64,000 bases of DNA from Lama guanicoe (lineage: Eukaryota), in the NCBI GenBank assembly GCA_013239625.1, contig MU053513.1, positions 454,370-518,369 of the forward strand, given 5' to 3'. Shown piece after piece: positions 24,441-36,072 of the stretch; the first letter of the stretch is position 1, and each line of letters opens with the position of its first letter. The notes beneath the pieces were generated by a model. That model did not search any database. It was given only the letters and a program-made list of their open reading frames with translations, and was not told the origin of the DNA. Position numbers and translations under genes: made by a program.

Positions 24441-25424
24441 TCTGGGAAAAAAGATGCATAGTGTTAGTAAAAAGATGAAAATCCATTTAATGTACCTACA
24501 CATACCTATCTATGTAAAATGTATGCATTTCTAAGTATTTCTAAATTTTAATTTGATTAAAATTATAAATATGCATACATATTTATAAATTTCAAAGGAT
24601 TACGTATATTATACTAAATTATATATCATACAGTGCACAATATAGATTTATGTAATATAAATATATATAGCCTTTCCATGTATAAAGACATCTATGGCTA
24701 AAAGCTATTCCAACTGAAATATTCTTAGTAACAATAGAATATAATACAGTTAAATTTCACCCAAATATTTCCATATCTTTATATTTGTAGCATATTCTAT
24801 GGGTATAATTAAATCCACACTTAAAAATAAGCAAACAAAAAGCAAACAAAAGCACACCTTATTCTAGCCTCTATCCAAAATGACTCAAAGACAGTTAAAG
24901 AGGCCAGATTAATCGTAAGACAACACCATTCTCTCCTTCATCTCTATTCTTTTCATTCGTCCCTAAACCCCCCTTCTCCAACAGCTGACCATGCCAGCAC
25001 TCACCAGCCACTAAACAAGAGCATGCTGTCCCACAGCACATATGAAAACACATATGTAGGGAAAGGGAATGGCCACAGCAGTGTCTGTGCCTCAGCAAGA
25101 GGTTCAACAATAGCTCATTATATGAATGAAGAAAATGTGTAAAATATCCATACACCTGCATTGTAACCCCAGTACAAGGTGTGTGTTAGATCTTGGTGCC
25201 TGCGTAAGAAGGAAGATTTAAGTTAGTGTGACACCTTGTCTTTTCCAAAATATCACCATTGCAATGAAGTCACTGAACACAAGCCTAATGAATTAGAAGT
25301 CAAGTTTGATTGGTTGAAAGAGCAAAGAGGATCAGAGAGCAGAGACTACTGGAGAACTAAGAGTACAGTCAGAAAGGAAGAGGGACTCCTGAACTTGGGA
25401 GGAAACCCCTTTTAATGGGAATGG

Positions 25425-25535
25425 GTCTGGGTACAGGGCTAGAAGACTGGGGTTCAAATCTCAGCTTAGACACTGTGTAGCTTTAGAGAAATCATTCAGT
25501 GCTCAGCAGTGTAGGGTGCAAAGATAATTACAGTA
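25425..25535 (+). mobile_element. MIR fragment
   Basis: agaagactggggttcaaatctcagctt...ctgtgtagctttagagaaatcattca. Confidence 0.6.
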
Positions 25536-27584
25536 CACTTTTCAAATAGGAGGAGACAATTGTGAGTAAGTCATGTAAGACAAATGCTTCAGGAGAGAAA
25601 AGAATCGTAGTTTTAGGCAAGATGCCAAAAAGGAGAGAAGTTTCCAGAAGGAGAGGATGGTCAATAAAGCATATAGGATAGAAATCAAGTCATTTGAAGG
25701 CTCCCAAGAGGTGGTGTGGGAGAAAGATACCCCAAAAATAAAGCTGGAGACAGGTAAAAAGTGCCTTATAGATGTACTATTTTACCTGAAGTCAGTCTAT
25801 AGTTCTACCTATGTTACAAGCCGTATTAAACATGATCTTAGGAATGAAACAAGTGTGTGACATCTACAATACCAAGCAGTGTGCCAATTTTTTATAAGCA
25901 TTTTTGATGTCTTTATCAGAGTTCTCACAGTGATGAGGTAATAAATCAATATAATCTACCTCAACTTTATGCACCATTTTTTCTGTTTCTTGGAAAGATT
26001 ATAATTTACGAATGTTACTTTTAACATTAGAATATTTAGCAGCCCTGTAACATAAATAAAATAGGGATAAAATATTAGCCATGATACTAACCACTTCCAT
26101 GAAACCCTATTTTGATGAAGGACTCAAACATTAGCACATGGCTTTTCTCTATGAAAGCATTTGCCCTTGTGGCAGAGGTGAGATTTAAAACTTAAAAAAA
26201 AAAAAGAATTCTCATAAGATTACTTAGAAATGTTCTCATTTGTGAGAAAAAGAAGTCAGAGTATGAATTCCACAGTGGAAAAATAACCTTATTTCTCTGC
26301 ATTTAGTATTGAGTGTTTGAACCTATGATCTTTATATTCATATGTATATCCACTGCTACATATTTAGTAGAAATGTATTCAAAGCAATTCTTTGCCTCTT
26401 AACTCTAAAATCCAGTTTGCTTAAATTTTATCACAAGTTGAAGATATTTTATGTACAAGTTGAATCAGAGTGTAGAAAATATAACTGTGGATGTAAATGC
26501 TGAAGCTACCTAAGTAGATAATGCATTTTCTATTCCACGGCTTTGTTTTCTCCTATTTGGGAAAACAGTAAAATCATTCGGGAGAGTGGTTATTTCCTGA
26601 TGAATATCCACATGATTCCTTCCACTTTCTGTGTCGCGTCTGGAAATGCAGCACCAGGGCGCACTGGAAACACACCACTGCTAGATTGTCTGTGGTTTTC
26701 TGGGAAGCTTTGAGGTTTTAGCTTTGATCTCTTCCCTCACACACTGAGGTGTTCTCCTGACTCCAATAGCCCAGACAGAATTTCTGCCCTTGATCTCTAA
26801 GGTAACCTTAAACATCCTCTTGACACCAGCATCGCTCAGTGGTGAAAGTTTCCCTCTTAACCGTGGCGTGTTTACTCTGCAGTTTCTGTGTTGTCCTTCC
26901 CTCATCTAGACTCAAAAGTGGCTTCTTTCAACTTTGCAACCCAGGAAGAGTGTGTCGGTCGTTTGGTTCGCTTGTTTCCTGCCTTGGCTAAAGTGTTTTG
27001 AGGTTCCATTTTTGTTCCCTCAACTCTTTAAACTCCGTTATGCTGAGGAAACCCAACTTTCTCTTTGATCCATCAAAGAATTTGTAACGTTTGACCACAG
27101 GGTGAACTCTACTTAAAGTTGGTTCATATTTTAGCTGAGCTTTCATTCATCCCCCTTTTTTTTTTCCTTCTGCTTCTCTTCCAAGGCACCCTACACCTCA
27201 GGTATTGAAGTTTTGTTTGGTTTGGTTTTACTATTTTACCCACTACTACCAAGCCGGGTCTTAGAAATTAATCTGCAGTCACTAACGTCTAGCTTCATAT
27301 GCCACTAATAGAATGTGTTACTTCAACGAGGGATATTTGTCGTTGAGTCCTGTCTTTCACAGGTGGAATAAAAGGAACCGTTTGTTTGACATAAAACATA
27401 ATAAATTAACAAACTATTGGCACTTTTGGAAGAGACTGCTTCTGTAAATCCTGCCAGCCCATAGAATCATTTCCCTCTTGTCATTGCATAAGAAGAAGCA
27501 GGCCACGTACAAGGGAAGAAGATACTTACGAATCTCCATTGGAGTCAGACTTCACGATAAAGAGTGTGGAACATGTCACTAACA

Positions 27585-27815
27585 CTTTCACGCACTTCAG
27601 TCACTACAAAGAACTATCAAGATATTATCTGATTATTATTTCACATCAGAACAAGTCTGTTAAATGTTACCATTTGTATTCCAATTTAGTAAGTAAACTC
27701 CAGTTCAGAAAGGTTAAAGCTTTCTGAAGGCCCGCGGTGCGCAGCGGTGGCACCTGGAACTCTGTCCCAGGTCCTCTTCCTCATGTCTGGTTGACTTTCC
27801 CCGACATCATAGGTG
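27585..27815 (-). mobile_element. MIR SINE
   Basis: ccaatttagtaagtaaactccagttcagaaaggttaaagctttctgaaggccc...ggaactctgtcccaggtc. Confidence 0.6.
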
Positions 27816-29319
27816 CCACAGTTACAATTTCATCATTTCTCCAAACCTACCATTTTCCCAGTTACTTCTTTTTAACCAATGCTTTGCTTTCACTTACGGA
27901 CCTCAGGCAGCATTAAATGTGTATAATACTGGTTGCAGATGGAATTCAGGCTTAAATATTTGAAATGTATCTCTAAAATAAGTTGAGATCATTTACTTGG
28001 CATTTGCCCTAACCACGATATAGTTCTGGACCTGAGAGATAATGCCAGGCCATCATTATACAAATATCCTTAAGTTATTAGTCCTCAAGTCCTGCTATTA
28101 GACTATTACTATCAGCTTTCTCATCACATTTGCCCACCTCATGTGGTCACTTTTGAAGCCATTCCTTTTATTAGCTACAGAATTTTCACTTAGATCATCT
28201 GACTATCCCTAGAGTTGATGAGAGGTTTCTTCTGCCAAAAACAGGCCATTTATAAAGTCTTTCATTACTATAGCTCCAAACAAGAAGGTACCAATTTCTA
28301 AATTAAATTAAATTTAATGTAAAAGATCTCTAAACGTTAGTATGACCTCCAAAGGATTAAATATAGAATTTCTACTAATAGCTAAGGTAGTTAACACTCA
28401 ATCATTCATTCACTCTGAAAATACTTATTGTACTAAGTTTTCCCAGTTTTCAAAGTCACCCTGAAGAAATTTATTATTGGCTATTTCCTTTGTTTCCATT
28501 AAGGGTCCATTTTTGTCCAAAACACAGGAAATATTATAATGTGAACATTTCAGCATGCTTGTTTTTCAGAGGGATAAAGAAGAAATGCTAAGAAGGTATA
28601 ATTCCCTGGTGAAATTATATTTCTGAGGTTGGCTTAATTTTGTATATCATTTATCTGGTTTTTTTAATAGTTCTCTTTGTCTGAAGTTAACACGGGCAGG
28701 ATGAAAGGTACTGAGCTAAAGCCAGTGCTGGAGTCTGAATAGACTCCTGCCTCTAATAGACACATCGGGATGTCTCTCACCTTCTCCATCTCTCTGAACA
28801 CTGAGCTAAGGACCAGCTTTCAACTGAGAAAAAAAAGTAATTTTAACAGATGAGGAGCAATTAATTCTTGGCTCTGGCTCTACTAGCCCTCTGCCTGATA
28901 CATATCCTATTATTTCCCAGACCAGAAAGGTCTTAGGGATCCAATCTCATATCCCAAATACCGTCTACTCCCCCAGCCCGCTTTCACACGCTAGGCGACG
29001 TCAACAGTTCCGTGTACATGCTGGTGACGCTACGCAACCAAACTGATGCTGCTAGCTGAACTTAATTCTTACATTTATCCAGAGGTTCAATAACAAGTAA
29101 GCCCCTCTTTCTGTCCCTGAGATAGAGGCATGTGTTCACGAGTACCCACGTAACCTCACATAAAAGCAAAATTCTTCCTGTATTGTGTATTTTAACCAAA
29201 GAGGGCTTAGGCAGTGGCAAAATTTTTATTCCTTGAAATGATGCCACTTACTGTTTTATCCTTATTTAGATAAACCCTCAAAATTAAGCTTTGCAAAATA
29301 CTATGGGAGTCAAAAGAAG

Positions 29320-29960
29320 TCAGAACCCTTCAATTCAAGAAGCATACAAAGAGACAAGAAGGCAGTCACACAATGAGGAAATGTTACATGATTACAGCTG
29401 CCAGTTAATTACACAGACAATCTTGTTTAGGAGTTTGGAAATTACTTGAGGTTTAGTAGAGAAGGGGTTATAGAGGAGATGGAATTTAAGCTGGCTTGAA
29501 GGGAACTGTGAAATTTAAAAACAAAATCTGAACTTGGGTTTTAAATCTAGTCTCTGTCATTTCATAGCTCAGTGCCTTAGGAAATAAATTTAGTATGTCC
29601 AAACTTTGTTTTTTTAATCTTTAAAATAAACCCTTATTTCAAAGATTCATTTGGTGAATCCACATAAAAATCACCGAGCATGGTGCCTTGGAGACAGTCG
29701 GTGCCCAGTAATGCTGCAGGAGGCTGGGTGGAGCTTCCATAAAACAGAAAGGGAAGTCCAAGCAGGAAGAGTGGGGGAAGCAAAATGACAGAAGTGAAGG
29801 CAGACAAGATATAGTCAGTCTATTAAGTGTGCAGCTTAGATTGATATGAAGGACCAAAGTAAAGGAGAAAAAAGGGACCAGGTCTGGAAACCCTCCCCCA
29901 ACGAAGTCTGGACTTGATCTTTGAGAAATGGGAAGAGATAAGGCATATTTCAACATGAAC
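29320..29960 (-). mobile_element. L2 fragment interrupted by a plus-strand MIR (~29525-29715)
   Basis: L2: agaggagatggaatttaagctggcttgaaggg; MIR: ctgaacttgggttttaaatctagtctctgtcatt...catggtgccttggagacag. Confidence 0.6.
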
Positions 29961-30567
29961 ATAATTGCCCAAGCGGCATTTGGAAAGTTCAATTATCATC
30001 AGCAAACATTTTTCTTAATAATTACATATTTATAGCCCATAATATTTTATAGCCATATTTATTGAAACTCAATCTTCAGTTGCACTTCTCTCAATGATCT
30101 GATGATGCAATAATGCAGAATTATTTGTTAGTACTGATTTATCTTTCAGCTAAGGGAATTAAGGACACGAGGGTAGAATATTTTATCTAAGTATTTAAGG
30201 AGGCATTCCAGCCTCTCATAGAAATCAGTTGCCTTATTTCAAGAAATTTGTTTAGTTACAATTTATACTCTGACTGTAAAATGATCGCAGCAGTTGAGGC
30301 TTCCCAAAACCTCTGAAAATCAAACAGGATACTGTTTTCAAAGCATCAGAAACCTGTGGTCCAAACAGAGAGTTGTTCCTGCTTAAATGCCCAGTAAGTA
30401 AGTCAGGATAAGCTTTGCAACATCACTCAGAAGGGTGGGGTTGCCAAGTGTCCAGGAAGATGCTTGGAGACAATTATCGCAAAGACTGCCTTGGGACTCC
30501 AGTTAATAAGATGTTTCTGATGTGACGAATATTTATTTTTAATAATGACTACTGCTTTGATGAAGGA

Positions 30568-30610
<43 letters not shown>

Positions 30611-30611
30611 T
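30568..30611. repeat. Compound (GT)n(GA)n microsatellite
   Basis: Seen directly. Confidence 0.95.
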
Positions 30612-31594
30612 TCAGAAGGCCTGGGGTGGGGGAGCCCAGGAGGTTATAGGATTTCTCTCTAGAGCATGATGCCAGCAACGCTGCTGGTATTTCTAAGATG
30701 AAGCCTCATATATTATAATAAACAGCAACCACAACTGCTGATGCCTGTCTTGGTCCCTGAAAGAGCAAGAGTCTTTGGCACTGTCACATACTTAGTTACT
30801 TTGCAAAAACTCTAATGAAGAAAGTGAGAAAGATGTGTTAATATTTAATAAGCCCGCTGATCGATTGCTGTGCCTCCTAAAATGTTCATCTCTTTGACTG
30901 GTGGGAAATGAACTTCATTAGGATTTCTCTGCTACCTTATAGCTCCTTGTTAACATTTCCCCTTTTGGGGCCCTGAGAAATAATGTGCAGCTTCTTTCCA
31001 TGAATCTCTGCCAGCTGTACTCTCCTGCACTATTTTCCATATTCATTTGCTGGGAAAAGTGGATGTAAATCTCATTTTGCAAGGAAAATATTATCAGATC
31101 TTTGTGATCTAAAGTAAAATTCATGAAATGGTATTTTTATGAGTCATAGAAATAACCGGTAGATTGATTTAATATATGGAAGATAGTACTATATTTAGTT
31201 TAAAGCTATGAATATCAAAAATATTAAGCACACTTTTTCATATTCTAGCTTCACTTTACATGTTTTATTTCAAAAAAGAGAAAGAAAAATGTAGAGCCAT
31301 GAAAAAAGGGGAACTACTAGGAAAAGACTTGCCCATAATAAAATAATTATTACAAAGTGTAATTTTTTAAAAAGACTTCAAATAGAGGAGAAAAAGGAAA
31401 TACAGTGTAACACATAGAATGCAGGTAGTAAAAGAGAAATAAAAATGGTGATTAATAAAATAATTAGCAATGTGACACTTCAGGATTTTTTGGTATACAA
31501 TTATTTCTGGTAATCTAATATGTGCATATATAAATAACTCACAATGAAGCTGACCTTAATGGTGGAAGAAAATTGTTAAATGTATTGATAACTT

Positions 31595-31830
31595 ATTATG
31601 TTTCAAAATAGTGTTAGACGTTTGGCATGCAGTGTCTCATTCAATCCTCATAACCAAAAAATCAGATATATACTGTAAATTACTATTTTTCCTTTTTTAC
31701 TAATGAGAAATCTCAGGGACAGACTATGAAGGAAACTTGCCCAAAGTCATACTATTAAAAATGTTTTAAGCACCCCGAAGGAAATTTCAACAAAGCATTC
31801 CGTTTCCAGAGCCTACCCTTCTAAAGATTA
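31595..31830 (-). mobile_element. MIR SINE
   Basis: tctcattcaatcctcataacc...tttttactaatgagaaatctcaggg...aacttgcccaaagtcatac. Confidence 0.75.
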
Positions 31831-32206
31831 CTTACCCATGGATGCAAGGTCAAGAAGGAATTAGGTGGATCTCTTCCTTCTGAAAATTCACCTGTTTTCA
31901 GAGAAAGCAGAAGAAAGCACCCAAACAGAAAAGTTGAGCAGCAAGGGAAATGTTGTTTTTAGGATCAGCTGCAATAAAAAGCCAGGCTTCCATCTGATGA
32001 TGTCGATTTCAATGAGAATGTAATTCAGGAAAGCAAGAGAAGGAGAATGGCCAGAAGTTCTTCCTGTATCTTTATCCTCTTTCTAAAACAGTATCATTCA
32101 TATTTATTTATTGAGGACACTCTAACCCTAGTCCTTTGTGGATGCTGGGATGTTTCTTAGTTCCCAAGTGTTAAAAAACCCTAGCTGAGGCAAGTAAGTT
32201 TCCACC

Positions 32207-32364
32207 CATGGACAACTGGCTACATATTCTGCAGGGCCCAGTACAAAATGAAAACGCAAGACTCCTTGTTCATTGTTAAGAATTCCAAAATGTTTAAGGA
32301 GGGCATTGAATCAAACTCAGAGTCCTGCGACTGCATTGCTGGTACACCTAAGAAACCTGCCCTC
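32207..32364 (-). mobile_element. MER45A-type hAT-Tip100 MITE
   Basis: ggctacatattctgcagggcccagtacaaaatgaaaacgcaagactccttgttca...ttaagaattccaa...gcgactgca...gaaacctgccct matches reverse MER45A. Confidence 0.85.
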
Positions 32365-33171
32365 CCCCCAGCTGAAATCTGAGTGTGTCTCCTGTGAACC
32401 CTTTCATGGGGGAAGTTTTGACCATTTATATTGTTCATCCTTGGCTACAAATTGTGGATGGTGGTTACATACAGACAGCTTTCTTTTCTCATTTGAGACA
32501 GATTTGATTTTGACATCTAATTATAACTTTCTTACTTCTTCAGGACACTGGAGGAAAATGTTTTCTGAGAGAAAAAAAAGAAATGAAACCTGTGATTTCC
32601 AGACAATCTTCAAAGGGAAAAGACTTGAATAAGAGAATATGTTGATGTTATACTTTATTCATTTAAAATATAGCCTATTTTGGGGGAAGGGGGATACAGA
32701 TCTTTGTGTCTCCACCTAAAAGCAAATAAAAAGTAATCAGTTTGTCTACTCTATTTTTTTTAATAAAAAGAACAACACTATTACATGGTGATTGCAGAGG
32801 GTCTCCCACATTAGAGGATACTTCCTATGTTGAGGGTGGGGGTGGGGGTGAGGGCGGGGAGCCAAGATGAAAGGAAATGACAGAAAACCTTTTTTTCTAG
32901 CTCCCCGACAGTTTACCCTGCCTCTCATTGAACTATCTCACCATTTCCCAAGTAGAGTTGGAAGGAATGTAACTAGGTTAATCCTGAGGGTGAACTCTTG
33001 AGCAGAAGAGAATGAAAGCGAGGCTTATCTGTCTGCCAACCACAATAGCACCCAGAACAAGGACTCGCACATAGAAGCTGATCAACAAGTACGTATGGAG
33101 GTAATACTTTTGTTAATAACATGAAACTTAACCATACATAAAGTGATAAGAAGATGTTATTATAAGACACA

Positions 33172-33532
33172 GGGAAGATTGCCAAGGTGGAGGAGTAGAA
33201 GGACATATAGCTCACTCACCCTCTCCCACGGATACACTAAAAATTACATCTAAATATGGAAGAATTCCCATAGAACACCTACTGAACACTGGCAGAATAT
33301 CTCTTACTTCGGACACACAAGAAAATCCTCACAAAACCAGATAAACAACAAGGTCCTTCTGTACAGCACAGGAAACTACAGTCAGTACCTTGCAGTAACC
33401 TATAATGAAAAAGAATATGAAAACGAATATAGGTATGTATATTGTATGTATATATATGACTGAAACATTATGTTGTACACCAGAAACTGACACAACATTA
33501 CAGACTGACTATACTTCAACTACAATAAAAAA
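33172..33532 (+). mobile_element. Internally deleted (candidate spliced) LINE-1: 5' UTR start joined to 3' UTR end
   Basis: 33172-33340 (caaggtggaggagtagaaggac...cccatagaacacctactgaacactggcagaa) resembles the cetartiodactyl L1 5' end. 33341-33532 (ataaacaacaaggtccttctgtacagcacaggaaacta...gactatacttcaac..aataaaaaa) is an L1 3' end homologous to 50676-50840. Confidence 0.85.
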
Positions 33533-35944
33533 GTTACAATATAGAGGTGGGATTCAGGATGGGAAAAACTGGATTCTTCGTGAGAAGTCACACTCATTAA
33601 CTCAGCCTTTATCTAGCCACTGCTATGGGCTAAGCATTGTCATCTATAAAATCCATCAGAGGTGCCCCTTCTGTCCACAAATACTCTGCACACATGACTC
33701 CAAGGAACACCATTCTCAGACTTTCTAAGGCACCTGGATCCTCACAGGGCTGTATCAAATATCACTGATGCAATACTGTTGCAACTGAGTAACACTTTAC
33801 TAGCACTTTTCAAGATAAATAAATAAATAAAACTAGTGGAAGTTATGATCATGTGATAAAAGCAAGGGGTGAAATAGAGAACGTTTTGTGAAAGAGATGA
33901 TTCTGGTAAATTTATGAAGTCCCAACAGATTATCAGGACAATAAAATAGTATCTTGCATTTTGGCCACTGTTTGGAAATAAAATACTGGATTAACCTTCT
34001 GAAAACATGTTTAAGTTATGACATGCATTTAATGCAATATAGATGGAAGCAGGTACCATATTGCTTCAAACTCTTCTTGAATTGTGTTCGTGAGGTTTAA
34101 TTTGTAAGATTTATGCATTTCTCCTCTCTTAAACTTCTCATTCTTTGTGAATAAATTTTTTGGTAGAATTCTATTTTTTCTGATTATATAGAGACTTAAC
34201 ATAGTCCTGCCTTTAGTTGAATGTTGAATGTTTAAATACAGCTTTTATGTCAACTGCAAGCTTTTTCTTGTAGCTAGATTATTTTTTGATTTTGAAAAGA
34301 ATAAATCTCTTCCCAAATGGCTTATATTTATCTTTAAAAGCAATTTATAAGGAAAATAAATCTGTCATAATCAGGCCACGCAGACATAGCACTAAAAGCG
34401 TTCTCATATCTGATAAAGTCTGTGAAATAAGAAACAATGTTGATTTTGCTCTTAAAATTTATCATGTCACATAATGGTCTTATATAAAGATGTCAATTTT
34501 AATGTTGGCTGATCCAAACAGGAAAAGAATAACATGAACTGAGGTAGATTCAGCATATGCATTGTTTTGAAATATTTTTAACATAGTTTTCTCTGAAGTT
34601 TAATGATTTTCCCATTGATTAAACATGTCTAGTTGGATTAGGCATATCTGATGTACTGGCAACAAACTTAGATGAATCTTTGGGGGCTCTAGGGTATACT
34701 TGGGGGTTTGGATTTCATTTTCCAGCCTGATTTCATTACAATATAATAAAATGAAGCAAACAGCAGCACTGACATGAGACAAATAATAAAGTTAATTTTA
34801 AGGAATCAGTTAATTACACGCTAATGCTGACTGTGTTTGTGTTCGTGTATGTTAGATTTTTTTCAAGGGGTCTATGTAATACATACAGCATTTCTGTATG
34901 TTCTTTAAAACTATTTAGTACGAAAAACAACGAGAACAATTTTTCTGTCACTTTTTGTTTTGTCTTCTCCAAAATTTGTTCAGTATTATAAATAAATTGT
35001 ATCCATTTGGTAAATTGGGTCAATTATTTTTATAATAATCACGTGGAAATTAGAATTTTCTGGGTATATTATCTAAATCAGATAGTAAATTTATGCCATG
35101 AGTGGCTATTTGGAATACACATCATTTTGCTATTAACTTATTATAAACTGAAAAGGAAGTTTTCATTACCTAAGGCAAAAATTATAAGTAATTTTCAAGA
35201 GTCTTTTAAATTAAAGGATAATGGGAATCCTTTGAGATGCTTCTGACAAGGGACATGTTCTCCCAGTGAGGGTCAGAGTTCAATTCCTGAAATCATCCAT
35301 CAAATTCTGACTGGCGAGGGCTGAATAGCTGTTAAAAAGTAAACGAGAGATAGGGTGCCCTGTCTGACCTCTTGAATCACTTTCATGCACACAGTTCAGT
35401 AAATACACATACCCATTCACAAACACCATACGCAAATAACTATACATTTTAAAAAAGGGCAATTGTGATGAGGAAAAACAAGATTTAAGAGGACCTGGAT
35501 GTGAAAGGATTTTATATATTTGAGATTTTTTTTTCAAAAGCTTATTTTAATTATATCACAGGATAACATCATTTCATACCATTATTTCAGTTGCAAGTAA
35601 GCAGCTGAAAATATTTATTGACGCCCAGGTGTATGCTAACAATTTTGATAATCATGAGAGGAGCAAGAGAATGTTTTGATAAAGGCCCCTCCCTATAGCT
35701 GGTCAGCCAGAACATATCTATTTAGCACTGAGGGTTCCCAAGGAACATGTAACCTGGTGGTGCTTCTGAACGAAATCAAGAATTTAGTGTTCACTTCAGG
35801 TGGTTCCAACTGTACTGCTTAACTACGTTTCTTATGATCGTGTCTTCATGTTAAGGAATACAAGTTAGGTAGTATTTCTTTGAAGTACCTTAGGAGCACC
35901 TACTTAGCCAGTTTCACGTACTAAAATATATTGTAAATTTCCTC

Positions 35945-36072
35945 TATAATTCTTTATTTCGCCAGCTGAAATGGGGGCTCCATGGTAACAGAGACCAGCC
36001 AGTCTCCACAGCTGGTATCCAGTGACTGGCGTGTTTTAAGTTCTAACTATTTGCTGAATTGACTAATTAAAT
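35945..36072 (+). mobile_element. L2 3' end fragment
   Basis: gctccatggtaacagagacc...ggtatccagtgactggc...tatttgctgaattgactaat. Confidence 0.6.

Noticed and set aside
26648..26668. REST/RE1-like CAGCACC site (also ~53799-53817)
   Set aside because: Only the left half-site matches; the GGACAG half is absent.
33405..33728. 107-aa ORF
   Set aside because: Begins inside the L1 3' UTR and runs into the flank; no recognisable domain.
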